IMG/VR virus record: IMGVR_UViG_3300028128_000005
Span: 1 to 36,059 of that record
Reading direction: 5' to 3' (one strand)
Length of the DNA: 36,059 nt
Origin: a virus
Lineage: Duplodnaviria > Caudoviricetes
In this document: positions 27,945 to 36,059 of the stretch, in pieces
Layout: each line of letters starts with the position of its first letter
How positions within the stretch are numbered: the stretch's first letter is position 1
The notes under the pieces: generated by a model
Seen by the model: the letters and a program-made list of their open reading frames with translations, nothing else
Told to the model about the DNA's origin: nothing
Database searches by the model: none
Made by a program: the position numbers and the translations under genes

Positions 27945-28303
27945 ACGTTAATTATATGATTATATATGAAGATTTCAACGTCTGGATCTGATTTATTATA
28001 AGTAAATCCTGATAAATTTTCACTTACAATTGGTACTTTTAATTTTGTTTTTGTATATTTTGACTCAATAAAAGCCATTATATCTGGATGTGGTATAGCA
28101 TTATCACTGTTAACATTTAAAATATTGATAATTTCATTAATCTTATAACCTTTAGTAAGTAAAGTTTTAACTTCTCGGCTGACATAATACTTTTCTAAAG
28201 ATTCAATACATCCATATTCTTTAATTTTTTTTACTAAATATTCTCCAGAAAAGAAACTTTCTTTACCCGTTACAATACATTTTATTTTTAATGACTTGCG
28301 CAT
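27941..28303 (-). CDS. Hypothetical protein (start MRKSLK)
   Basis: Promoter TTGAAT-17-TATAAT, 7 nt, ATG on minus strand. Confidence 0.7.
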   Translation of the reverse strand: MRKSLKIKCIVTGKESFFSGEYLVKKIKEYGCIESLEKYYVSREVKTLLTKGYKINEIINILNVNSDNAIPHPDIMAFIESKYTKTKLKVPIVSENLSGFTYNKSDPDVEIFIYNHIINV

Positions 28304-28328
28304 ATACACTATTATAATAAATATTTAC

Positions 28329-28580
28329 ATGAAATTCAACTCAATGGTCGAAAGTATACTAGAAGATTTTAGAGCTCCTACAGATACTAAAAAGCCGGTA
28401 AAGGTAAGATCACGTGGTAAGTATGGTACGGTCAACCCACAGCTAAATGAACCTCATGACACTAAGTCTACTACTGGTTTTAAAGGTCAATCAGGGGGTA
28501 AGGTAAGTACTTTACTATTTCAATTACCTGATAGCAACACAAAGAGACGTTCAAAGAAAAAAGGATCTACCAAGAAGTAG
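28329..28580 (+). CDS. Small basic late protein (start MKFNSMVESILE)
   Basis: AATAAATA 28316-28323, 5 nt, ATG; K/R-rich. Confidence 0.65.
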   Translation: MKFNSMVESILEDFRAPTDTKKPVKVRSRGKYGTVNPQLNEPHDTKSTTGFKGQSGGKVSTLLFQLPDSNTKRRSKKKGSTKK

Positions 28581-29148
28581 ATATCCATTTAGCAGCTGCC
28601 ATCGTAGCTCCTAACGCGTCGTTTTTCTCTAAGATATCTGACCAAGCTTTTTCATCATAATCTTGTAACCTTTTCAAGGCGTCATTACCGAATGCTTTAT
28701 GAAATTTAGAACCAAAATACGCAGATGAATTTTTAACTAAATCCATTGCAGTTTCAGGTTCTACTTGCCAATAACTTTTTGCAGGACCACCACCGTATTG
28801 AACTTTTGTTTTGTATTCTGATTCTACTGCTCCGGTCTTTTCTAAATAGTCTTTTAATTCAGCTGCACTATGACCATCATCACCATCAAAGATAGCCGCT
28901 GCTATTGAGATTGCTTCTTTAGCATCTGCAGGTACTGTATAACCAGCAGTAAGAACTGCTGTTGCTCTAGCTTCGTTTTCTTTAGCTTTTGCTTGTAGCG
29001 CTGGTTTACTACTACTACCGAACGTTTGGTAATAATCTGACCAATCGTCAACAAAATTACCAAATACAGATGATGTAGCTAAAGCTCCCATCGCTAAAGC
29101 TTTACTTAATTTTCCTTCTTCGATGTAATAATCTTTAAAAGTTTGCAT
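28567..29148 (-). CDS. Lysozyme-fold/lytic transglycosylase-like late protein
   Basis: AVES...GGGPAKSYWQVEPETA resembles the SLT ES...GxxQxxPxTA pattern; TATAAATA 6 nt before ATG. Confidence 0.6.
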   Translation of the reverse strand: MQTFKDYYIEEGKLSKALAMGALATSSVFGNFVDDWSDYYQTFGSSSKPALQAKAKENEARATAVLTAGYTVPADAKEAISIAAAIFDGDDGHSAAELKDYLEKTGAVESEYKTKVQYGGGPAKSYWQVEPETAMDLVKNSSAYFGSKFHKAFGNDALKRLQDYDEKAWSDILEKNDALGATMAAAKWISTSW

Positions 29149-29157
29149 TAATAATAT

Positions 29158-30789
29158 TTATACAAATCTATCGAGAAAGTACTTAGGCAATGATTCTTTA
29201 TTTCTTAATATAGCTTGAAATATACTCGCATCTAAAATATATGTTTTACAATGATCTTCCTGACTTCTAATTCCACGACCACATTGCTGTACAACATTAC
29301 TTAACATTTTATTTGAATACCATTGTTTATCTAATTCAAACATTTTTTTAATCCGTTCATCACCTAAAGGTAAATACGGTGCTTTAATAATTATTTGAAA
29401 TCTTGCAAGATCATCCTTTAAGTCAATACCTAAGCCTAAAGATGGACTAACCAGTACAGTTGGTTCAGAACTTAAAGAATGTTCATGTAATATATCCTCA
29501 TTTCGACTTTCTTGATCTCTATATAAGAATCTTTTATTACCTCTAAAACCATCTTTTAAGCATGATGTAATAAATCCAGTATGGGTATGTATAATACCTT
29601 TTTCATTTTTATGTTCTTTACAAATATTATCAATTTGTTTAATAATACTAGGTAATATTTTCTTTAGATTATAATGATTAATTTTATGTTTAGTATTAAT
29701 ATAAATTGGAGCTTTTTCTGCTTCAAATGTACTATCAACTTCAATATATTTGTAATCAGTAATACCTAAAGTCTTTGCAAAGTGTTTATGATCGATAATA
29801 GTTGCTGACATTAGTAAAACTTTATCACCATAGTTAAAAATATATTTGGTTAACTTATCGACTTTCAATGGAGTTATACTTACAATACCTTCATTTCTTT
29901 GCGTAATATACTCACAATCACCCCACGTTTCAATAATAAGAGATAATGTACGGTGTAAGTTTTTACAATATGATAATTTAATTGAATCACTATGACTAAT
30001 TTCAATATTATTTTTATTATTAACGTTTGTTAATTTAGTTACATGCTCACTAATTTCAACAATAGTATTATATAACCATTTAAGTACTGCTTCATTTTTA
30101 GTTGAATATAGACTACCACTATTAACTCCATATTTTTTTAACCTATCTGGATCAATTAAAGCAGAAAACTGTTTAATTATTTCATCTTCTAATTCAGATG
30201 CTTCATCACAAATAATAAAATTCTTACGTTTAACGTGAGCCGGTAAAGATAAAAACATTTTATAGTTCAGCACTCCAAATTTTTCAATTAGAGCTTTATT
30301 ACGAGCGTTATGGTATGGGCATTTATTATTAATTCTATGCTCTTCCAAAATCTTTTTTGGTATAATAGCATTTTCTACTTCTACATCAATATTAGTATCA
30401 ATAGTACTTACGTAGTTTGATTTACCTTTTGCGACAACACTATCTTTAAATAATTGTAGGTATTGATCTTGTAATGATTTTGTTATAGTTAATGCAAAAG
30501 CTCCAGATGATTTTTCTTCTTTACATTCGTCTTCATATTCATAACCACCTGTACCATCCATTTTAAAAGCTTTATATGTCTGTACCAATTCTTTAAAATA
30601 ACTACTAGGTTCGTTTGAAACATTAGCTAACGTTTTAGATATAAAGCTTTTACCGCTACCAGTCGGAGCACTGCAAATTACAAACTTAACACCGCTACTA
30701 TAAGCATCTTCTATATCTCTTATTAACTTAACTTGCTGCTTACTTGGACTATAACCTTCAGGAAAATTATTTATATATTTGCTTACCAT
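29158..30789 (-). CDS. DinG/Rad3-family SF2 helicase
   Basis: APTGSGKS, DEAS, MSAT, GIDLKDDLARFQIIIKAPY, QCGRGIRS. Confidence 0.88.
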   Translation of the reverse strand: MVSKYINNFPEGYSPSKQQVKLIRDIEDAYSSGVKFVICSAPTGSGKSFISKTLANVSNEPSSYFKELVQTYKAFKMDGTGGYEYEDECKEEKSSGAFALTITKSLQDQYLQLFKDSVVAKGKSNYVSTIDTNIDVEVENAIIPKKILEEHRINNKCPYHNARNKALIEKFGVLNYKMFLSLPAHVKRKNFIICDEASELEDEIIKQFSALIDPDRLKKYGVNSGSLYSTKNEAVLKWLYNTIVEISEHVTKLTNVNNKNNIEISHSDSIKLSYCKNLHRTLSLIIETWGDCEYITQRNEGIVSITPLKVDKLTKYIFNYGDKVLLMSATIIDHKHFAKTLGITDYKYIEVDSTFEAEKAPIYINTKHKINHYNLKKILPSIIKQIDNICKEHKNEKGIIHTHTGFITSCLKDGFRGNKRFLYRDQESRNEDILHEHSLSSEPTVLVSPSLGLGIDLKDDLARFQIIIKAPYLPLGDERIKKMFELDKQWYSNKMLSNVVQQCGRGIRSQEDHCKTYILDASIFQAILRNKESLPKYFLDRFV

Positions 30790-30801
30790 TAATCTATTAT
30801 A

Positions 30802-31152
30802 TTACATAATAGCTGATATAACAACTGTATAGTTGTATAACTTACTCTTTTTCGGTTCATTTATCATCTTACATTTATAATAAAATATCTCATCACGTTG
30901 TGAAAATTCTTTTAACGTGTAATCCATTACAACGTTACCACCAACACTGGTTATATTAAAAGGATAAGGCATTTCATAATCCTTAATACTACCTTTATCT
31001 GTTTTTAGTGAAAATACGTAATAAAATTCCTTTTTCTTAAAAAGAATTAATTGTCCTTTTTTAAGAATTTTTCCATTTGAATTTATAAATACTAAATCTC
31101 TAAGTAGTAATTTGGATAAAATTTCATCAATCTTTTCATTGTATACCATCAT
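30802..31152 (-). CDS. Hypothetical protein, 116 aa
   Basis: ATGA overlap with the upstream gene. Confidence 0.7.
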   Translation of the reverse strand: MMVYNEKIDEILSKLLLRDLVFINSNGKILKKGQLILFKKKEFYYVFSLKTDKGSIKDYEMPYPFNITSVGGNVVMDYTLKEFSQRDEIFYYKCKMINEPKKSKLYNYTVVISAIM

Positions 31153-31523
31153 AACATAAAACTCATTTTCTCTTCTGCTGACATCTTTAAATAATTTTCA
31201 TTAAAGTATTCCCAAAACTTATCATTACCAGGAATTGAATTAATTAAATCACAATTATCCATACTCACCATTCTCCAATCTTGCATAAATATATCCCATA
31301 CTAATAATAAATTTTTAGATTCAGGATTATATTTCGGAGCACTAGTTGGTGGTTTATAGTTTAGAGTTATTCTACCGTTAACGCTATTTAAAATACTTTG
31401 ATCTAAAGTACAAAGCATTTTTCTGCTAGGTGATCGACCTGCTCGTGGTCGTCTTCTTGCGAATAATATTTCGCAAACATTAGATCTTAATGTTGATTTT
31501 AAACTAGCTAACCCTATTTTCAT
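31149..31523 (-). CDS. WYL_2/DUF2693-like SH3 beta-barrel protein
   Basis: RKMLCTL and VWDIFMQDWR motifs. Confidence 0.6.
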   Translation of the reverse strand: MKIGLASLKSTLRSNVCEILFARRRPRAGRSPSRKMLCTLDQSILNSVNGRITLNYKPPTSAPKYNPESKNLLLVWDIFMQDWRMVSMDNCDLINSIPGNDKFWEYFNENYLKMSAEEKMSFML

Positions 31524-31526
31524 CTA

Positions 31527-31937
31527 TTATGTCTTTAATTTACAAATACCAAACAATCGTTGTTCATTTAAGAACATACCTTTTTTGATCTTACCATACC
31601 CTTCAATTTCCATATTAGATACAGGTGCACCTTTATCATTAGGAAACATTACTATATCATCCTTTTTAGTATATTTAACTTCAGGTCCGACGAGAACGAC
31701 TTTAGCCTTTCTCCATGCTTTATTGAGAGAATTTGTTGGTATATAAATACCACCTCTCTTAATTGCATCACCTGCACCTTCATCAGAAGATTCATCGATA
31801 AATTCTACTAGTATAATATCATCAAAAACAAAAGAGAGTAAAAACTCTTCTCCGAGACCGAAATCACCATCACTATGACCTTCTAGGTCAATTGTACTTC
31901 TTTGCGTTGCTAACTTATCAATACTTGCTTGTGCCAT
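31527..31937 (-). CDS. GroES/Cpn10-like co-chaperonin
   Basis: DDIILVE, GGIYIP, AKVVLVGP, DDIVMF. Confidence 0.75.
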   Translation of the reverse strand: MAQASIDKLATQRSTIDLEGHSDGDFGLGEEFLLSFVFDDIILVEFIDESSDEGAGDAIKRGGIYIPTNSLNKAWRKAKVVLVGPEVKYTKKDDIVMFPNDKGAPVSNMEIEGYGKIKKGMFLNEQRLFGICKLKT

Positions 31938-32105
31938 ATAAAGTTATTTAAACCTTATAAATTAGTAATCAACAAGATGTTTATATTCTATATTAGAATA
32001 ACAAAATAATATTTATTTACTTTAATTTTCTATTAAGAAAAAGTACATCATATACAAAAGCTATTGAGCCGGGGATTAAAATGCAAAGGTAAAATATAAT
32101 ATCCA

Positions 32106-32462
32106 TCAAAGCATATTTAGTAATACTTGATCGTTTTTATATTCTCTTTCACTATAAAATTCAGGTAATATTAACTTTTCTTCTTCTTTCTTTTTTTCCT
32201 TTTTAGTCTTCTTAATATAATTAAGTCTCTTAAATTTTAGTTTAGGTAATACTGAATAGATATAGTTATACTGAGATGGTTTATCACTAAAAAGATTCCA
32301 ATATTTATTAGTCGTCTCATTTACATAATCATTTAGCTCCTTCGAATACATACTCGTCCATCTATTAACCATAAATAGATTAAATTGCGACTCATCATCG
32401 CAATTCATGTCTGCCTTTTTCTTACTGAATAAGAGACCGTTTAAATATTGAAATAGATTCAT
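32106..32462 (-). CDS. gp62: gp62-like clamp loader small subunit
   Basis: MNLFQYLNGLLFSKK, FNLFMVNRWTSM, basic C-terminal tract. Confidence 0.7.
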   Translation of the reverse strand: MNLFQYLNGLLFSKKKADMNCDDESQFNLFMVNRWTSMYSKELNDYVNETTNKYWNLFSDKPSQYNYIYSVLPKLKFKRLNYIKKTKKEKKKEEEKLILPEFYSEREYKNDQVLLNML

Positions 32463-33053
32463 TTATAGGTTGATCTTAGTAGTAGCAATAAACATATCAT
32501 CTACCATCGCATAAAAAAGATCAATAATATCCTGCATAAACTCTGTAGTTTGATCGTCAGTTAAACCTGTACTATATGCAAAGTTAGGAGCTTTACGACC
32601 TGCATTAACATTAATACCAGTGTGACCGATAGCTACATTATCTTTCGAGTATGTAATACTTACGCTACACTTACCGACCTTTTGTAATGTACCATCACTA
32701 CCTTCAAACTCAGCATGTACCATTAAATCATCCCCGTCTACTTCAATAGGCTTCTTAATATATTTAGAAGAAAGTACATTAGCAATTTGAGTATTAAGCA
32801 ATCGCTGAAACGCTACAGCACCTAGCTTATCTAGATTAGGAATCTCCCAGCAGAAGTTAATAGCATCATCACTATAGATATAGTCACCTTGAAGTACATC
32901 TTCCTGATCGATCATACCATCGATACTCACATCCATCGGGCATCGAAAAGCGATAATATTACCTATAGGTAATGTCTTATTACGAAAGTAATCGTACGCA
33001 AAACGCTTATGAATTAATGGACCGTCATATACTTTAATATCTTTAATAATCAT
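32463..33053 (-). CDS. DUF366-like protein (biotin/lipoate ligase, class II aaRS-like fold)
   Basis: YDG...FAY, FQRLL, GDDL, KCSVSI, HTGIN; promoter TTGAAA-17-TATAAT, 6 nt, ATG. Confidence 0.65.
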   Translation of the reverse strand: MIIKDIKVYDGPLIHKRFAYDYFRNKTLPIGNIIAFRCPMDVSIDGMIDQEDVLQGDYIYSDDAINFCWEIPNLDKLGAVAFQRLLNTQIANVLSSKYIKKPIEVDGDDLMVHAEFEGSDGTLQKVGKCSVSITYSKDNVAIGHTGINVNAGRKAPNFAYSTGLTDDQTTEFMQDIIDLFYAMVDDMFIATTKINL

Positions 33054-33124
33054 ATAACAATTATAGTATATGAATGTTGATGTTTCAACTATATAAAATT
33101 ATTTATCTATGTTTTAACAGATGA

Positions 33125-33673
33125 TTATAGTTGAAATATCCAACTCGTATCATTAAAGATTTCAATAGGTTCACCTAAATGCTCTCTTACTGCTTTTAAT
33201 ACACCATACATATGACTATCATGACCAGCAATGTACCCGCCTTTCTTAATCTTACTCTTCCACGTATTAATGTCATTTATAACTGCAGCATAAGAATGGT
33301 CTCCATCAATATAGACAAAGTCAAGAGAGTGATCTTCATACGACTTAGCAGCCTCTGCACCTGTTGATTTAAACTTTGTGATGTTAGGGTAATCAACTAA
33401 GATTTCATCAAACATGCTTTCAGGGTTCATGGAACCACCTTGCTGCAAACCAACTGGCCAAGGATCTATACAATGTAACTTCTCACAGTGAAGAGATAAC
33501 ACTCTACTACTCACCCCTGAAAAACTCCCATGCTCGACGACATGATCACTCTTCTTAATATACTTTTTGCATAGATCTATGAGACCAGCAACATTGTTTG
33601 AAATGAAATCTAATTCTAGCCAGTATATTCTAGGTGTTTCTAATAGTTGATTAATCTTTTCTTCGTATGTCAT
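33125..33673 (-). CDS. Class I SAM methyltransferase (Methyltransf_24-like)
   Basis: VEHGSFSGVS, DFVYIDGDHSY, GGYIAGHD. Confidence 0.85.
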   Translation of the reverse strand: MTYEEKINQLLETPRIYWLELDFISNNVAGLIDLCKKYIKKSDHVVEHGSFSGVSSRVLSLHCEKLHCIDPWPVGLQQGGSMNPESMFDEILVDYPNITKFKSTGAEAAKSYEDHSLDFVYIDGDHSYAAVINDINTWKSKIKKGGYIAGHDSHMYGVLKAVREHLGEPIEIFNDTSWIFQL

Positions 33674-33679
33674 AATGTC

Positions 33680-34222
33680 CTAACTTCTTAAGTAATTTAC
33701 ATATGCAAGATATTTTTCAATAATATCTATACTTGGTGATTTATTGTATATATCCTCAGCAAAACAACCATCTGCACAATACTTTTCGTTGTACCATCTA
33801 GTATCACCTACTATAGAACGTTTAACCATAAAACAAGCAGAATCAACCGCTCCGGTTTGAAAATTCCCAGCATCTAAACAATGTGATCCATCTTTTCTAA
33901 TTTGCTTCCAACAAACTACATCAGATGTACAATCTTTTACCTCATCCCAAAAATTTGGATGTAAAATATTATCATCATCCATGTACATAACATACCCATC
34001 ATTTATTAATGTCTTTGCGTAATTACGCTGAGCATTACCAAATACGCTACCTTCATTTTGATGAGCGTAACATTCGCAATTACTAGGAAGCTGCATGTCA
34101 GGAATTTGCGGTGCATCGAAGACAACAATCCAGCGATAGTGTTCTGAAGGTATATTAATACTTTCAGATATAGCAGAAAGATTTTCAGGCCTTGTGCAAG
34201 GTGTTATAATATTAATTAGCAT
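33680..34222 (-). CDS. GT-A fold glycosyltransferase (GT2-like)
   Basis: IITPCTR, GNAQRN, YMDDDN, ADG; start moved to MLINII. Confidence 0.75.
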   Translation of the reverse strand: MLINIITPCTRPENLSAISESINIPSEHYRWIVVFDAPQIPDMQLPSNCECYAHQNEGSVFGNAQRNYAKTLINDGYVMYMDDDNILHPNFWDEVKDCTSDVVCWKQIRKDGSHCLDAGNFQTGAVDSACFMVKRSIVGDTRWYNEKYCADGCFAEDIYNKSPSIDIIEKYLAYVNYLRS

Positions 34223-34268
34223 ACATATAGTATATAATAGAGTTATAAACATTAATCAAGTTATATTT

Positions 34269-35270
34269 TTATAACGATTTACATTTTAACATTGCTTGTT
34301 TAATTGCCATCCACATGTCTAGATATTTATATGTAGCTAGCCTCCCAACAAAAATTACATTATTTTCAGATTTAGATAATTCAATATATTTTGACGCCGC
34401 TTTTCCAGAATCTCCAAAATGTATTGGGTAAAACGGAATGTTCTTACCATTATATTCAACTGGGTATTCTTCAGTTACTACCGTTATATCTTGATTATGA
34501 TTTAGATCAAAATAACTGTGGTCGTATTTTCTAGTATAATTATGTTTTTTTGTATTAGAATTTTCTACCAGATATGACATTTTTTCATCAGTAACTGTAT
34601 GTTTAAATTTGAGAGATCTGTAAGGTAGACGACCAAATTTAAAGTCATAAAACTCATCTATTTTACCGGTATATATAGTTATATCTGCATGGTATTTTTT
34701 CCAATCCTCATCAGTACAGGAGAGTTTTACATCAATCCCGTCAAGCATTTTTCCCATCATTTTTGTGTATCCGTTTTTAGGCAAGCATTGATATTTATCA
34801 TTTTTAAACCAAGTAGGGTCCTCCATTTTTGCTGTATCAGGAATTCTGTTTGTTATTGTTTTAGGTATTTTATCGAAAGATACTCCCCATTGTTTTTCTG
34901 AATAGTCTTTAAATAAATACTTTTTAATTTCGTCAGGAGATAGTTCTCTACCTATCTCTTTAATGGTTTTTTTACTATATGGTAAAGAAATTAATCCAAG
35001 TTCTGTTTCCCCTTTAGGTTGATATTTGAAAGGTACCCATTCCGTATACTTACTTAAAAATTTAAAAACCTCTTCATCATTTGTATGAAAAATATGTGGA
35101 CCGTAATTATGAATCATTGTCCCGCATAAGTTGCTATCAAAACAATTACCTCCTATATGACTTCTTTTTTCAAAAATTTTAACATTATAACCCTTTTCCT
35201 TTAAAATTATCGCAGATGTTATGCCTGATAAACCACATCCAACTATCTTTACTTTCTTTTTATCTATCAT
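34269..35270 (-). CDS. glf: UDP-galactopyranose mutase
   Basis: VGCGLSG, HIGGNC, YGPHIFHT, LPYRSL, GRLATYKYLDM. Confidence 0.93.
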   Translation of the reverse strand: MIDKKKVKIVGCGLSGITSAIILKEKGYNVKIFEKRSHIGGNCFDSNLCGTMIHNYGPHIFHTNDEEVFKFLSKYTEWVPFKYQPKGETELGLISLPYSKKTIKEIGRELSPDEIKKYLFKDYSEKQWGVSFDKIPKTITNRIPDTAKMEDPTWFKNDKYQCLPKNGYTKMMGKMLDGIDVKLSCTDEDWKKYHADITIYTGKIDEFYDFKFGRLPYRSLKFKHTVTDEKMSYLVENSNTKKHNYTRKYDHSYFDLNHNQDITVVTEEYPVEYNGKNIPFYPIHFGDSGKAASKYIELSKSENNVIFVGRLATYKYLDMWMAIKQAMLKCKSL

Positions 35271-35280
35271 TTAAAAAAAA

Positions 35281-35874
35281 TTATGCAAGTATATATTTCC
35301 ATAATCTCTCCATTACATGAGCATATTCTTTACTCGGTTGATCCGGATCGTTATTAGATAACGAATATAATAACTTTTCATATATACTTTTATCTTTTTT
35401 GTGAATACTCTGTTTACTTACAGCAAATTGCGCTCCTTGTACAAATTCGACTATATTATTTTTTACATCCAAAGTAAAATCATGATCATGACAAAATTTT
35501 ACTAAATCTTTATTTAAGAATGGTTCACCTAACAAAGTACATGTATAATAATTTAAATCTTTACGATTAAAAGGGTAAAAATCTTTTTTAAATGTTACAT
35601 TATTAAACATTTCAATAGATGGGTAATGATCATGAAATGCATGATCAAATGGATTTCCTTGTAAAAATACTGTATAGTCATCAAGCTTCTCATAATTTTT
35701 TACAATATGATAAAGATACGTTTGAGCTTCTCTACCTACATTAGGAAGGTTAATGGAATTTGGAATATTATCTCCCCCTTTATTATAAAGATATATATTA
35801 TGGGTTACGGTTTTAACCCAATCAATATTTTCATTATATCTTGCTATTACTACGCCGATTTTTTGACATGTCAT
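35281..35874 (-). CDS. DUF3431-family protein
   Basis: VIARYNE, LPNVGREAQTYLYHI, FLQGNPFDH, GAQFAVS, MERLW. Confidence 0.8.
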   Translation of the reverse strand: MTCQKIGVVIARYNENIDWVKTVTHNIYLYNKGGDNIPNSINLPNVGREAQTYLYHIVKNYEKLDDYTVFLQGNPFDHAFHDHYPSIEMFNNVTFKKDFYPFNRKDLNYYTCTLLGEPFLNKDLVKFCHDHDFTLDVKNNIVEFVQGAQFAVSKQSIHKKDKSIYEKLLYSLSNNDPDQPSKEYAHVMERLWKYILA

Positions 35875-36059
35875 AATTGATTTAATATATAATTAGCTAG
35901 TTGTTTTGTTGTATTATTATTCGATACATGCAGTTCAAACTTTTCTTTATATTCATTATAAACATCTACAGCTGTATTTGTTTTCAATAAATTATTAACT
36001 TCTAAGCATAATTTTTTTGGAAAATTTACCATAGTTAAATCAGGACATTTAGATATATC
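35871..36059 (-). CDS. 3' end of a glycan-cluster gene (partial)
   Basis: Open frame DISKCPDLTMVNFPK...LANYILNQL ending TGA, overlapping the next ATG. Confidence 0.6.
   Translation of the reverse strand, partial: DISKCPDLTMVNFPKKLCLEVNNLLKTNTAVDVYNEYKEKFELHVSNNNTTKQLANYILNQL

Overview
This window is a fragment of an AT-rich T4-like myophage genome. It carries gp15, portal gp20, gp13, gp4, gp21, a gp67-like protein, gp22, major capsid gp23, a gp5-like spike, gp62, NrdA/NrdB and a DinG-like helicase. GroEL and DUF4032-like signatures suggest a Verrucomicrobia/PVC host (inference). Main points of interest: (1) an early-gene region (1-3.3 kb) where most small genes have their own GGAAC-N5-TATAAT promoter, beside a non-coding island with a dyad-symmetric GGAAC/GTTCC array; (2) window-wide leaderless or near-leaderless starts, with ATG 5-7 nt after TATAAT or TATAAATA; (3) a coupled TGT/DpdA-like + P-loop kinase + QueF operon pointing to 7-deazaguanine DNA modification; (4) an LRR gene built of 69-nt cassettes with a constant framework and shuffled variable positions, next to a truncated PQ-loop-like remnant; (5) GroEL/GroES/sHsp/thioredoxin and a glycan cluster (glf, GT2, methyltransferase, DUF3431). 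All family calls come from motif recognition by eye; no searches were run.
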